NCBI GenBank assembly: GCA_963779415.1
Contig: CAVZYA010000002.1
Coordinates: 256,001-320,000 of the forward strand
DNA: 64,000 nucleotides
Source of the DNA: an uncultured Acidobacteriota bacterium
GTDB lineage: Bacteria > Acidobacteriota > Thermoanaerobaculia > UBA5066
Direction of reading: 5' to 3'
In this document: positions 1-10,092 of the stretch, piece by piece
Numbering within the stretch: the first letter of the stretch is position 1
Layout of the letters: each line of letters opens with the position of its first letter
Notes under the pieces: model-generated
What the model saw: only the letters and a program-made list of their open reading frames with translations
Told to the model about the DNA's origin: nothing
Databases searched by the model: none
Made by a program: the position numbers and the translations under genes

Positions 1-2485
1 TCTGGAGCGGTTCCGGCGGGAAGCCCGGGCCGTCGCCGCGCTCAACCATCCGAATGTCGTCACGCTCCATTCGGTCGAGGAGGCCGGCGGAATCCATTTC
101 CTGACGATGGAGCTCGTGAGCGGGAAAACTCTCGCCTCCCTGATCCCGGCAGATGGCCTTCCCCTTCCAAGGTTCCGCGAGATCGCCGTGTCGCTCGTAG
201 ACGCCGTCGCGGCGGCACATCAACGGGGAATCGTCCACCGCGACCTGAAACCGGCCAATGTCATGGTCACGGCCGAGGGGCGCGTGAAAGTGCTCGACTT
301 CGGCCTGGCCAAGCTCCGGAACCCGTCGGACGACACGCCGCTGACCAGCCTCGTCGCCACCGCATCGCTCGGCGAGCTGACGGGGATCGTCGGAACGGCG
401 GCGTACATGTCGCCGGAGCAAGCCGAGGGGCGGCCCGTCGACCACCGCTCCGACATCTTCTCCCTCGGCGTCGTTCTCTACGAGATGGCGACGGGGAGAC
501 GTCCCTTCCGCGGCGAAACCGCCGTCTCGGTCATCTCGGCGATCCTGAAAGACACGCCGCCTCCGATCTCGGAGGTGAACCCGCGGTTGCCGCCAGAACT
601 CGACCGGATCCTCCGCCATTGCCTCGCGAAAGACCCTGCCCGCCGGTACCAGAACACGCTCGACCTGCGTAACGACCTCGAGGAACTCGTGGAGCCGTCC
701 GGAAAGGAAGGCCCGTCGCGCACCATGCCGCCCTCCGCTGCCCCGAGAAGACTCACGCGGAGGGTCGTCGTCTCCGCGGTTCTGTTCGCCGCCGTCGCGG
801 GGCTTCTGTTCGTCGCGTTCCGATGGCGGGAGGCGCGACCGGGCCGGAAGGCTCCGCCCTCTGCCACCTTCGCGCAGGTAACCGGGCTCTCGGGCGTGGA
901 GCAGTACCCGAGCCTTTCCCCGGACGGGAAGTGGGTCGTCTACTCGTCGAACGTCGGAGGCCAGAAGGACATCTACCTGCAGGGGGTCGGCGGACAGACG
1001 CCGATCAACCTCACGCCCGACTCCCCCGCAGACGACGACGAGCCCGCGTTCTCGCCCGACGGCGAGCGAATCGTGTTCCGGTCCGAGCGGGAGGGTGGGG
1101 GCCTCTTCGTCATGGGACGGACCGGCGAAGGGGTGCGGCGGGTGACGCACACGGGCTTCAACCCGGCGTGGTCTCCGGACGGGAAAGAGATTGCCTTCGC
1201 GGCGGAGAACGTACAGCTCATGCCGATGAACTGGGAGAGGGAGAGTGGGCTCGGCGTGGTTCATCTGGAGACCGGCCAGCTTCGTCGCCTCGAGGTCAAG
1301 GACGCCGTTCAGCCGACCTGGTCGCCGGGCGGCCGGTGGATCGCCTGCGTGGGGCGTCTCGCGAGTTCGCGGCAGTGGGGTCTCTGGACGATCCCGGCCG
1401 CCGGCGGCGAGCCGATGCCCGTCACACGCGGCACGGCGACCGACTGGAGCCCGTTCTGGTCGCGGAACGGCTTTCTCTACTTCGCGAGCGACCGGGGCGG
1501 CAGCATGAACCTCTGGAGGGTCCGGGTGGACGAGAACTCGGGCCGCCCGGAGGGGGAGCCGGAGGCGATCACGACGCCGGCGGCTTTCCTCGCCCACCCG
1601 AGCGTCTCGGCCGACGGAAAGCGGATCGCCTACAGCTCCGCCCTGATGACGATGAACATCCAGCGGCTGGCCCTCGACCCGGCGACCGGGAAGGCCCTGG
1701 GCGAAGCGGTTCCGGTCACGACCGGATCGCGCCAGTGGTCCTCGCCCGATCCTTCGCCCGACGGAAGCCGGGTCGTCTTCTACTCGCGGGTCCAGCCGGA
1801 GGGCGACCTCTACGTCGTCGGGTCGGACGGGACGGGGCTCCGGCAGCTGACTTCTGCCGGCCTCGACCGCGTACCACGCTGGTCCCCGGACGGGAAGTGG
1901 ATCCTCTGTTTCTCCAAACGGAGCGACCGCCTCCAGCTCTGGAAGATCCGCCCGGACGGAAGCGAGCTTTCCCAGATGACGAACGTCGACGACGCCGGCG
2001 TGGCGGCGTGGGCTCCCGACGCATCTCGCGTCGCCTTCTACACGGTGAACCGGGGAGGGGTAACAACCCTCATTTTCGATCCCGCCCGGCCGTGGGCCGA
2101 CCAGACGCCGCGAACGCTGCCGAAGCCGGAGCCGTCCCTCCAGCCCTTCATTGTCAACGCCTGGTCTCCCGACGGCCGGCTCCTCGCGGGTCAGATCTCC
2201 TACAGCGCGAAGGGGATCGGCACACACGACCTCGACTCGGGCGCGTACGAGCGCCTGACCGATTACGGCGAGTGGCCCGTGTTTCTTCCCGACAGCCGCC
2301 GAATTCTCTTCGTCACGCGTGGCAAGGAGTTCCTCCTGATCGACCGCCGGTCGAAGGAGGTCCGGAAGGTCTATTCGACGGTCCGGGACGTCCTCGGGCC
2401 GCCCCGCCTGACGCGCGACGGTAGAGCGGCTTTCTTCTCCCGGCGGGTGACAGAGGCCGACGTCTGGCTGGCGACGATTCCCTGA
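1..2485 (+). CDS. Ser/Thr (Hanks) protein kinase with TM helix and C-terminal TolB-like PD40/WD40 beta-propeller; 5' end lies outside the window
   Basis: The frame is open from base 2 (LERFRREARAVAALNHPN). Motifs HRDLKPAN, DFGLAK, YMSPEQ and DIFSLG are present, followed by a hydrophobic helix and many 'P.WSPDG' repeats. Confidence 0.95.
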   Translation, partial: LERFRREARAVAALNHPNVVTLHSVEEAGGIHFLTMELVSGKTLASLIPADGLPLPRFREIAVSLVDAVAAAHQRGIVHRDLKPANVMVTAEGRVKVLDFGLAKLRNPSDDTPLTSLVATASLGELTGIVGTAAYMSPEQAEGRPVDHRSDIFSLGVVLYEMATGRRPFRGETAVSVISAILKDTPPPISEVNPRLPPELDRILRHCLAKDPARRYQNTLDLRNDLEELVEPSGKEGPSRTMPPSAAPRRLTRRVVVSAVLFAAVAGLLFVAFRWREARPGRKAPPSATFAQVTGLSGVEQYPSLSPDGKWVVYSSNVGGQKDIYLQGVGGQTPINLTPDSPADDDEPAFSPDGERIVFRSEREGGGLFVMGRTGEGVRRVTHTGFNPAWSPDGKEIAFAAENVQLMPMNWERESGLGVVHLETGQLRRLEVKDAVQPTWSPGGRWIACVGRLASSRQWGLWTIPAAGGEPMPVTRGTATDWSPFWSRNGFLYFASDRGGSMNLWRVRVDENSGRPEGEPEAITTPAAFLAHPSVSADGKRIAYSSALMTMNIQRLALDPATGKALGEAVPVTTGSRQWSSPDPSPDGSRVVFYSRVQPEGDLYVVGSDGTGLRQLTSAGLDRVPRWSPDGKWILCFSKRSDRLQLWKIRPDGSELSQMTNVDDAGVAAWAPDASRVAFYTVNRGGVTTLIFDPARPWADQTPRTLPKPEPSLQPFIVNAWSPDGRLLAGQISYSAKGIGTHDLDSGAYERLTDYGEWPVFLPDSRRILFVTRGKEFLLIDRRSKEVRKVYSTVRDVLGPPRLTRDGRAAFFSRRVTEADVWLATIP

Positions 2486-2534
2486 GTCACCCTTCTGGTT
2501 CCGGGCCGCCCGATGCGCGCGGTAGGCTCCCCAC

Positions 2535-3653
2535 GTGAAGAAGTTCACGCTTTTGCTGATCCTCGCGCTCGCCGGCTTCGTCGTCTGGTTTAAGACGACG
2601 TACGGCGGGCCGGTGACGCCGTTCCCAGACCGGTCGACGCCGCCGCTCCTTCCGGCCTCCGCCGTCGAGACGGTGGCCGAGCTTCCGGAAGCGCCGGGAA
2701 ACGTCGCCGTCTCGGCCGAGGGGCGGGTCTTCTTCAACTTCCACCCCGAGGGGCGGCCGGCCCTGAAGGTCGTCGAGTGGGTGGACGGGAAGGCCGTCCC
2801 GTTCCCGCCGTCCTTCGACCCTTACTTCGCGCCGTATTCCCTTCGGATCGACCGGCAGAACAGGCTCTGGACGCTCGACTGGGCGTTCCATGGCATCCAG
2901 CCGGTCCGCCTCCTGACCTTCGACCTCGCGACGAAGAAGCTCGTCCACCGCTGGGACCTTCCCCGCGACGTCGCCGGATTTGGTTCCTACGTCCAGGATT
3001 TCCAGGTCAGCCCGGACGGAAAGCACGTCTTCCTAGCCGACACCGGCGTGATGAGCCGCACTCCCGCCCTGATCGTCTACGACGTGGAGAAGAACCTCGG
3101 CCGCCGCGTCCTCGAGCGGGACCCGTCGGTCCTCGACCACCCGTTCCTGATCGACGCCGAAGGGACGAAGATGCTCTTCCTCGGCGGCCTCTTCGCCATG
3201 CACCCGGCGCTCGATTCGATCGGCCTCGACGACACGGGGGAGTGGCTCTATTACGGCCCGATGTCGGGCGAGCGGCTCTTCCGGGTCCGGACGAAGGACC
3301 TTCTCGACGAGACGCTCTCCCCCTCGCAGCTCTCCGCGCGCGTCGAGGACTACGGACCGAAGGTCCAGAGCGACGGCATCTCCCTCGACACGGCCGGAAA
3401 CGTCTACCTGACCGACGTCGAGCACGGGGCGATCTCGATCCTCGGGCCGGACCGGCAGCTCCGGACCCTCGTCCGCGATCCCGCGGTGGCGGTGGCCCGA
3501 CGGGCTCTCCTTCGGGCCCGAGGACTGGCTCTACGTTTCGGACAGCGCGCTCCCCGACATCCTGCTGAAGAGCCGAGTCGCAGATGAAGATGCGCCGCCC
3601 CTTACTTCATCTGGCGTTTCCGGACCGGCGTCCCCGGCATCGCCGGACACTGA
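2535..3653 (+). CDS. Major royal jelly protein/yellow-like (SMP-30/gluconolactonase-type) beta-propeller, secreted or anchored; frameshifted near 3485
   Basis: N-terminal hydrophobic segment; PGNVAVS, RIDRQNRLWTLD and SDGISLD motifs. The continuation WPDGLSFGPEDWLYVSDS...IAGH* is in another frame. Confidence 0.8.
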
Positions 3654-3656
3654 CGC

Positions 3657-6469
3657 TCAGGGCGCCGAGGCCTTCACCGCCGCCTCGGCGAGCTTCTGCG
3701 AGCGGGGCAACTCATTCGGACCCCGTCCCGTCGGAGGGAGAGGCGGCAGAGGCGGGAGCGCTCATCTTCGAGGTCAGCGCCACTTCGACCGGGACGACCG
3801 CCTCGGCCCCGGTCAGCCAGATCTCTGCGCTTCCCGACCAGGCTCTCTCCCCCTCTGCCGGAGAGACGTCGACCGCGAGCGCGTGCGCCCCCGGCGCGAC
3901 CGGAAGCGTGTGCCAGGCCCAGAGCCCCTTGCTCGCGACCCGCTCGGCGGACGGCCTTCACTCCATTGAGAACGAGTGTCACCTTGGGGTCGGCCTTGCC
4001 GGAGAAGGCCTCGTCGGGCTTCACGAGGACCGCCAGTATCGCCGTCCGCGCCGCGGCCGCGACGGAGAATTCGAGAGTGAGGCCCGTGGGGCTCTTCTTC
4101 GATCGCCGGACCTCTCCGAAGGGGCGGGAGGGAACCGTGAGAGACGCGAGATCGGCCTTCCCTCCGTTCACCGTCATCGACTCGACCGCCTCGGGATTCA
4201 GGATCTTCGCCTCCGGCGACGTCTCGAGAACGGAGAGGAGGCGGCTCTTCCCCGAAGATTCCCGCTCTTCGTAGACGACGCCGGCAAGGAGCGGTTCCTT
4301 CAGGTCGGAAAGGGGCGTCAGCTCGTAGACGGCCGCCTCGTAACCGGCAAGCGGAAGGCGGACGACCTCCCCGGCGCGGTAGAGGCGCGGCGCCACCCAC
4401 CGGGTCGGATAGATCCGCGAAAGGACGAGATCGCGCGCCTCGGGATCGAGGCCGTCCGCCGGAGCGAGCGTCACGGAGATCTCCTGCGGGGCGACGTCGG
4501 GGTTCCGGACGGCGAGAAGGCCCCGTCCGCCGCGGTAGTGGGCATAGCCGTACGCTTCCTTCCGGAGCGGGCTCCCTCCCACCATCTCGCCCGTCGAGAG
4601 GAGGTCGAAGCGGGACCGCGCGAACCGGAGAGCGTCCGCGAGGACCCGCCACTCCCCCTCCGAGAGGACGTCGGGCGAGATGTAGAGCTCGTACATCGTG
4701 ACGCCGCGCGCGACATAGAAGACGACCTCGTCGGCGAACTTCGAGAGGGGCTCCCCCTTCCCGATCTCCCCGATGTCGATCGTCCCCTTGAGGACGCCGT
4801 GCGTCATCAGGTTCGCGATCGGGAACCAGAAGCCGTTTTCCCGGAAGTCCTCGAAAAGGACGAGGTCCCGGTAGGTGATCGACGAGTCCCGCGTCGAGAT
4901 CGAGGGGACGTCGGCGGCGCCGTAGTCCTCGCCCCCCATCCAGATCTGGTCGGCGAAGAGGAGCCACCAGGGGGAGAGCCACGTCCCCGAGGTGATGTTG
5001 AGGAAGACGTCGGGGTCGAGCGCGCGGACGGCCCCGGCCATGTTCGCGACGCGCGCGAGGGCCGCCCGCCGCGAATAGAGCCCCGGCGGCGTTCCGAGCC
5101 CGGGCCCCGAGGCGACGAACTGGAATCCGTCCCACTTGAAGTAGCCGACTCCCGCTCTCGTGAACTCCTCCACCCGGTTCTGGAGGAGCGCCCCATACCG
5201 CGGGCCGCCCACCCACATCTGGTCCCCGGCGGTCTCGTAACCGTGCTCCCGCATCCAGCCGACGCGCTCCTTCCGGAACGAGTAGCCCCCGGTCGGGCCG
5301 AGCCAGAGCCCGAGGCGCGTCCTCGTCTTCTTCAGCTCCTCCACGATCGGGGAGAGGCCGTTCGGAAACTGGACGGGGCGGAGGACCCAGTCGCTCCGGT
5401 AGACGTCCCACCCGTCGTCGAGGACGCAGGCGTCGAGGGCGATCCCGTGCTTTGCGACCATGTTCGTCCGGAGGAGCCGGACGATCCGCGTCACGTTCTC
5501 CTCGTTCATCACCTGCGACGGCCCGACTTTCGGGTATTCGGCCGAGCGGAGGTCGTACCAGGAGTTGTAGAGGGTGTAGGGGCGAAGCCTCCCGGCCCGG
5601 ATGGTGTCGACGTACCTCATGAAATGGAGCTTCACGCGGTCGTCGGGAGCGAGGCCGTAGACGGCGCTCGCTCCGGCGATCCCCTCCTTCGGGATCGTCT
5701 CGCCGACGATCTCACCGGCGCGGAGACGGATCTTTCCGGCGGATTCGAATGCGAGGTTCTCCGAGGCGGGCCACTCCAGAGCGACGAAGGCCCCACCCCG
5801 CGAGAGCGTGAAGGCGACGGGCTGGCCGAAACCTCCCTCCTTGACGAGGAGCGCCGGGACGGTGAGCGCCGCATCGACCGACTCGAGCGCGTGGAGAAAG
5901 TGATTTCGTCCCTTCGGGTCGAGGAGCGTCAGTCGGCGGCGCAGGTACGGCCCTTTCGGATCGAGCGCGTAGGCAACGGAGAGCTCGAGCCCTTCCGGCC
6001 CTTCGAACGAGAGGACCAGCTCGTCTCCCCCTTCGGCCCGTGGCCTCCTCCCGTTTTTCACGAGGCGGAAGTCCTTCGGGCCGAACCGGCAGAGGTTGTC
6101 GGCGTTGTTCGCCTTGCCGGGGGCGCTCCAGTCGGTCCAGACGACCTCGACCGAAAAGCCGCCGTCCGTCGCGAGGACGACCGGACCGGCCTCCGCCGCC
6201 ATCTCCAGCCGGTCGCCCGTGAGCCGGCCTTCCGTCACCGTCACGGTCGCCTTGAGGCCGTTCCGCTCGAGCGTGAGGTCCGTCCCCGCGGCACCGGCGC
6301 GTCCGGTCCCTCCGAGAAGCGCGAGAACGAGCGCCGCCTTCCCGAGCCGCTTGAGCATCCGCCGGATGTCGGCGAGCCCCTTCCAGGCGACGTGAAACGT
6401 GATCGTCGAGTACCAGAGGAGAACGGCTCCCACGAGGAGCCACCAGAACGGATGTCCGTGCGGGTTCAT
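3657..6469 (-). CDS. Glycoside hydrolase, clan-D/GH36-like (alpha-galactosidase-like TIM barrel), in frame with an N-terminal small membrane peptide; C-terminal frameshifts
   Basis: Motifs YNSWYD, VLDDGWD, FPNGL, GLWLGP and YFKWDG. ATG at 6469 overlaps the symporter stop. An alternative start at 6358 gives a signal peptide (MLKRLGKAALVLALLGG). The 3' end is approximate. Confidence 0.75.
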
Positions 6470-7965
6470 GCTCGGCTCTCCTTCCGGAGACGGTGTTTCA
6501 GAAAGGATCCAAGGACCATCGCCGCCGCCGAGCCGACGTACGCCGAGAGCCCCGACCAGTAGGGTCCGATCGTCTCGCGCGCCGTCCGCGACGTCGCGGG
6601 GAGCTGCTCGAGGACGAGGTAGAGAACGGGGACGATCGCACCGACCGCGATGGCGGCGCCGGCCCCCCACGAGTTCGCCCCCTTGAGATAGCAGCCCGAG
6701 ACGAGGAGGACCGACATGCTCGCGAGGTAGATCGTCCCGGTGACGCCGAGGTAGGTCCAGAGGTCTCCCTTGAGCGGATACCAGAGCCCGTAGAAAAGGA
6801 GGAAGACGCCGATCGCAGCGACGATCGCCCGGTTGGCCCGAAGGCTCCGCCGTTCGTCCCACGCCCCGCCGCGCCGGAAGGGGGCGAGGATGTCGTTCCA
6901 GATGACGCTCGCCCAGGTCAGCATGTAGCTCGAGTCGGTGCTCATGTCGGCCGCGAGCATCGCGGCGACGAGAAGGCCCATCAGCCCCGCGGGGACGAAG
7001 GTCCCGAGGAAGCGCGGCATGGCGTGGAGCGAGTCGGCGCCGGGCCCGAGGACGGCGAGAGCCGCGATCCCCCAGATCCCCGGGACGAGAAAGCGCGCCA
7101 CGAAGAAGAAGCTCGTTCGGGTGAAGACGCGCCTCCCCGTCGCCGCGTCGCGGGCCGAGAGGACTCGCTGGAGGATCGTCTGCCACGTCAGGACGATCGC
7201 GAGGTTGAGGCAGGCGTTGAAGAGAAGGTAGGGCCACCCCATCGTCGGGTTCGCGAGCGGGCTGAATCCTCCCGCTCCGCGGTGACGGGTCACGGCGTCG
7301 ACCAGGGCGCTCCAGCCGATGTTCGAAAGGATCAGGGCCGTCACCGCGATGAGGCCGATGCTCATGACGACGAACTGGAGGAAGTCGGTGACGAGGACCG
7401 AGAGCATCCCGCCGAGGACCGTGTAGAGCGCGACGAGGACGAGAAGGGCCGTCATCACCAGCTCGAGGCGGTGGTCCGACGCCCAGCCGGCGCCGCTCCC
7501 GGCGCCGAGGCGCGTCACCTCCAGGAGAAACTCGCCCCCCGTCCGAAGGAAGACCCCCATGTTCAGGAGGCCTCCGAGGACGATGACGACGCCGGAGGCC
7601 CAACGGACGCGCGGGCCGAACCGCTTCTCGAAGAACTCCGGGAGGGTGACGACACCCGATTCCCGGAGCGGCCCGATGCAGAAGCCCGTCGCGCCGACGC
7701 CCCACATCGCGGCGGCGAGCAGGAGGCCGGGGACCGCCCCCGAGAAGCCCTTCTCGAACCCGTTCTGCGCCCCGTACATGCACGTGACGATCCCGAACTC
7801 GGTCGCCGCGAGGCTCGCGATCCCGAGGGAGACGTCCATCTCGCGCCCGGCGACGAGGAAGTGCTCCACGGTCCCGACGTACCTCTTCATCGCGAGGCCG
7901 GCCGCCATCGTCCCGAGGAGGTAGAGCCCGACGAGCCCCCCGTCCAGCGGTGAAAAGCCCGTCAC
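6466..7965 (-). CDS. Sodium:solute symporter (SSS family)
   Basis: 499 aa with about 13 hydrophobic segments; FLVAGR, TLPEFFEKRFG, YTVLGGM...TDFLQ and LAADMST motifs. Confidence 0.92.
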   Translation of the reverse strand: MTGFSPLDGGLVGLYLLGTMAAGLAMKRYVGTVEHFLVAGREMDVSLGIASLAATEFGIVTCMYGAQNGFEKGFSGAVPGLLLAAAMWGVGATGFCIGPLRESGVVTLPEFFEKRFGPRVRWASGVVIVLGGLLNMGVFLRTGGEFLLEVTRLGAGSGAGWASDHRLELVMTALLVLVALYTVLGGMLSVLVTDFLQFVVMSIGLIAVTALILSNIGWSALVDAVTRHRGAGGFSPLANPTMGWPYLLFNACLNLAIVLTWQTILQRVLSARDAATGRRVFTRTSFFFVARFLVPGIWGIAALAVLGPGADSLHAMPRFLGTFVPAGLMGLLVAAMLAADMSTDSSYMLTWASVIWNDILAPFRRGGAWDERRSLRANRAIVAAIGVFLLFYGLWYPLKGDLWTYLGVTGTIYLASMSVLLVSGCYLKGANSWGAGAAIAVGAIVPVLYLVLEQLPATSRTARETIGPYWSGLSAYVGSAAAMVLGSFLKHRLRKESRA

Positions 7966-9085
7966 CTAAGGCGCCTCCGCCTTCGCCGCGACGCGCGCGA
8001 CGAGGCCCGACAGCTCCTCTTCGCGCTCTTCCAGCGATTTCACGAGCGCGAACTGGGTCCGGGCCCGGTCGAGGTTCTGGCCGGGGCGATGGATCCGGAA
8101 GTAGACGTCCCCCTCGAGGTGATCCGTCAGGAAGCGCATCCCGCACTCGTACGTCAGGAGCTTTCCCGCGACGACGAGGAGGTCCCGCTCGAGAGGAGAG
8201 AGGACCTCCCCGATCGCCTCGAGCCAGCCCCGGACGAGCGCCTCGAACATCGGGACGCTCGCGACGACGCGCGAGGCGTCCGGCTCGTCCTCGGCGAGAG
8301 GGTTCGCCGCCGTCCGGACCATGTCGCCGAAGTCGTGGAGGAGGAGCCCCGGCATCACGGTGTCGAGGTCGATGACGCAGATCCCCTCCCCCGTCACGTC
8401 GTCGAGGAGGACGTTGTTCAGCTTCGTGTCGTTGTGCGTGACCCGCTCGGCGAGGAGCCCGGACGCCGCGAGGGAGGCAAGGGTCGCCGCGAGCGCCTCC
8501 CGCCTCTCCGCGAAGTCGATCTCCCGCGCCACGCTCGGCCGCGCGGTTCCGCGCGTCCCGCGCTACGGCCTCGCGAAGACGGAGGAGCCGCGTCGGCGTG
8601 TCGTGAAAATGGGGGATCGTCTCCGCGAGGCGTGGCGGCGGCAGATCAGAAAGGAGCCGCAGGAACGTGCCGAACGCCTTTGCCGCCTCGTACGCCTGCT
8701 TCGGAGAGGAAAGGACGTCCCAGCTCTGCGCCCCTTCCACGAAGCCGTAGGCCCGGAAGACGCGTCCTTCCGCATCGCGGTGGAGGTCCGCGCCGCTCCG
8801 CGCGGGGATCAGAACGAGCGCCCGCCGGGAGGCGTCGGGGGTTCCGGCGAGCTTCGCCGTGAGATGGCGCGTCACGCGCGTGACGTTCGCCATGAGCGCC
8901 TCGGGGTCGCAAAAGACCTCCGTGTTGATCCGCTGGAGGATCGCCCGCCGCACGGGCCCTCCCTCGAGCGTCACCGCCCACGTCTCGTTGATGTGCCCGC
9001 TCCCCCACGGCGTGAAGCCGACGGGCCTCCCCGGAAAGACGAACGCGGCGGCGGCCGGAGCGAGATGGCGCGGGTCGGTCTTCAT
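7966..9085 (-). CDS. APH-fold phosphotransferase, N-acetylhexosamine-1-kinase-like anomeric sugar kinase; frameshift near 8535
   Basis: N-half GSGHINET, LQRIN and ETIPHFH (inside the 2067-aa ORF); C-half HNDTKLNN, IDLDT, RFLTDHLEGDVYF and QNLDRAR (ORF 7966..8532). Confidence 0.85.
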
Positions 9086-9996
9086 CCCTTGCTCCAGAGA
9101 GGGCTCGGATAGAGCCCCGCCTCCACCCGCTCCCGGATCGCGTCGCGAACGCGCGGCAGGTCCTCGCGGTACGTCACGCCGAACCATTCCTCCTCGGTCG
9201 GGAGGACGGAGACCTCGGCACGACGGGCCTTGAGCGCCGCGTCGACGGCCGCGGGAAGATAGAACTCGGCCTTCGGGTCGCTTCCCCGCTGCGCGAGGAA
9301 CCGTTCGAAGCCGCTTTCCAGCTCGTCGAAGAGGGCCGGCGTGAATCCCCAGAGGTTCAGCGAGACCGGCTCGTCTCCCGAGAAGCGGCGCACCGCCCCG
9401 CCGGGGCCGGTCCCGATGATCCCGTCCGTCTCCGCCCGGAGGTCCGTATGCTCCGTCACGTCGAGGAGCCGCCCCCCCGGCGAGGCCGTGCAGACGCCCC
9501 GCGAGACGGTGCCGTGCCCGGAGAGGGTATTGCGGAGCCGGAAGGCGACGAGGGCCCAGCGCGAAAGCCCTCGTCGCGCCGGCTCCGAGAGAAACGCCGT
9601 CAGCTTCGGGAGGCCATCGGCTCCGTACCAGTCGTCCGCGTTGATCACGACGAAGGGGTTCGCGACGACGGAACGCGCGGCACGGACGGCGTGCCCCGTC
9701 CCCCACGGCCTGGACCTTCCCGCCGGGACGACGAAGCCCGCGGGGAGGTCGGCGAGCTTCTGATGGGCGTAGACGATTTCGAGGCGCGACCCGTACTTCC
9801 GCCCGACGATCTCGTGAAACTCGCTCTCCATCTCCGGCCGGACGACGAAGACCGCCCGCCGGATGCCGGCGCGCCACGCGTCGTAGACGGCGTAGTCGGT
9901 CAGCGTCTCTCCGCCGGGGCCGACGGGGACGAGCTGCTTCAGCCCTCCGAAGCGCGAGCCGGCGCCCGCGGCCATCACGACGAGATCGACCGACAT
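9082..9996 (-). CDS. Sugar-phosphate nucleotidyltransferase (NTP_transferase family)
   Basis: MAAGAGSRFGGLKQ, PWGTGHA, INADD and WFGVTY motifs; stop overlaps the kinase start (ATGA). Confidence 0.9.
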   Translation of the reverse strand: MSVDLVVMAAGAGSRFGGLKQLVPVGPGGETLTDYAVYDAWRAGIRRAVFVVRPEMESEFHEIVGRKYGSRLEIVYAHQKLADLPAGFVVPAGRSRPWGTGHAVRAARSVVANPFVVINADDWYGADGLPKLTAFLSEPARRGLSRWALVAFRLRNTLSGHGTVSRGVCTASPGGRLLDVTEHTDLRAETDGIIGTGPGGAVRRFSGDEPVSLNLWGFTPALFDELESGFERFLAQRGSDPKAEFYLPAAVDAALKARRAEVSVLPTEEEWFGVTYREDLPRVRDAIRERVEAGLYPSPLWSKG

Positions 9997-10092
9997 CGAG
10001 GTTTCCCGCCGGACTGTAGCCGATCAGGGCCCGCTCCGGCGCGGGCGCCCCGCCCGACGGCCGTATCCTCGACCCTTCCGGAAGGAGGTTTC

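Noticed and set aside
3674-9877. 2067-aa ORF read as a giant fusion protein
   Set aside because: It threads through off-frame parts of the nucleotidyltransferase and symporter genes, plus in-frame parts of the kinase and hydrolase. It results from high GC and an indel near 8535.
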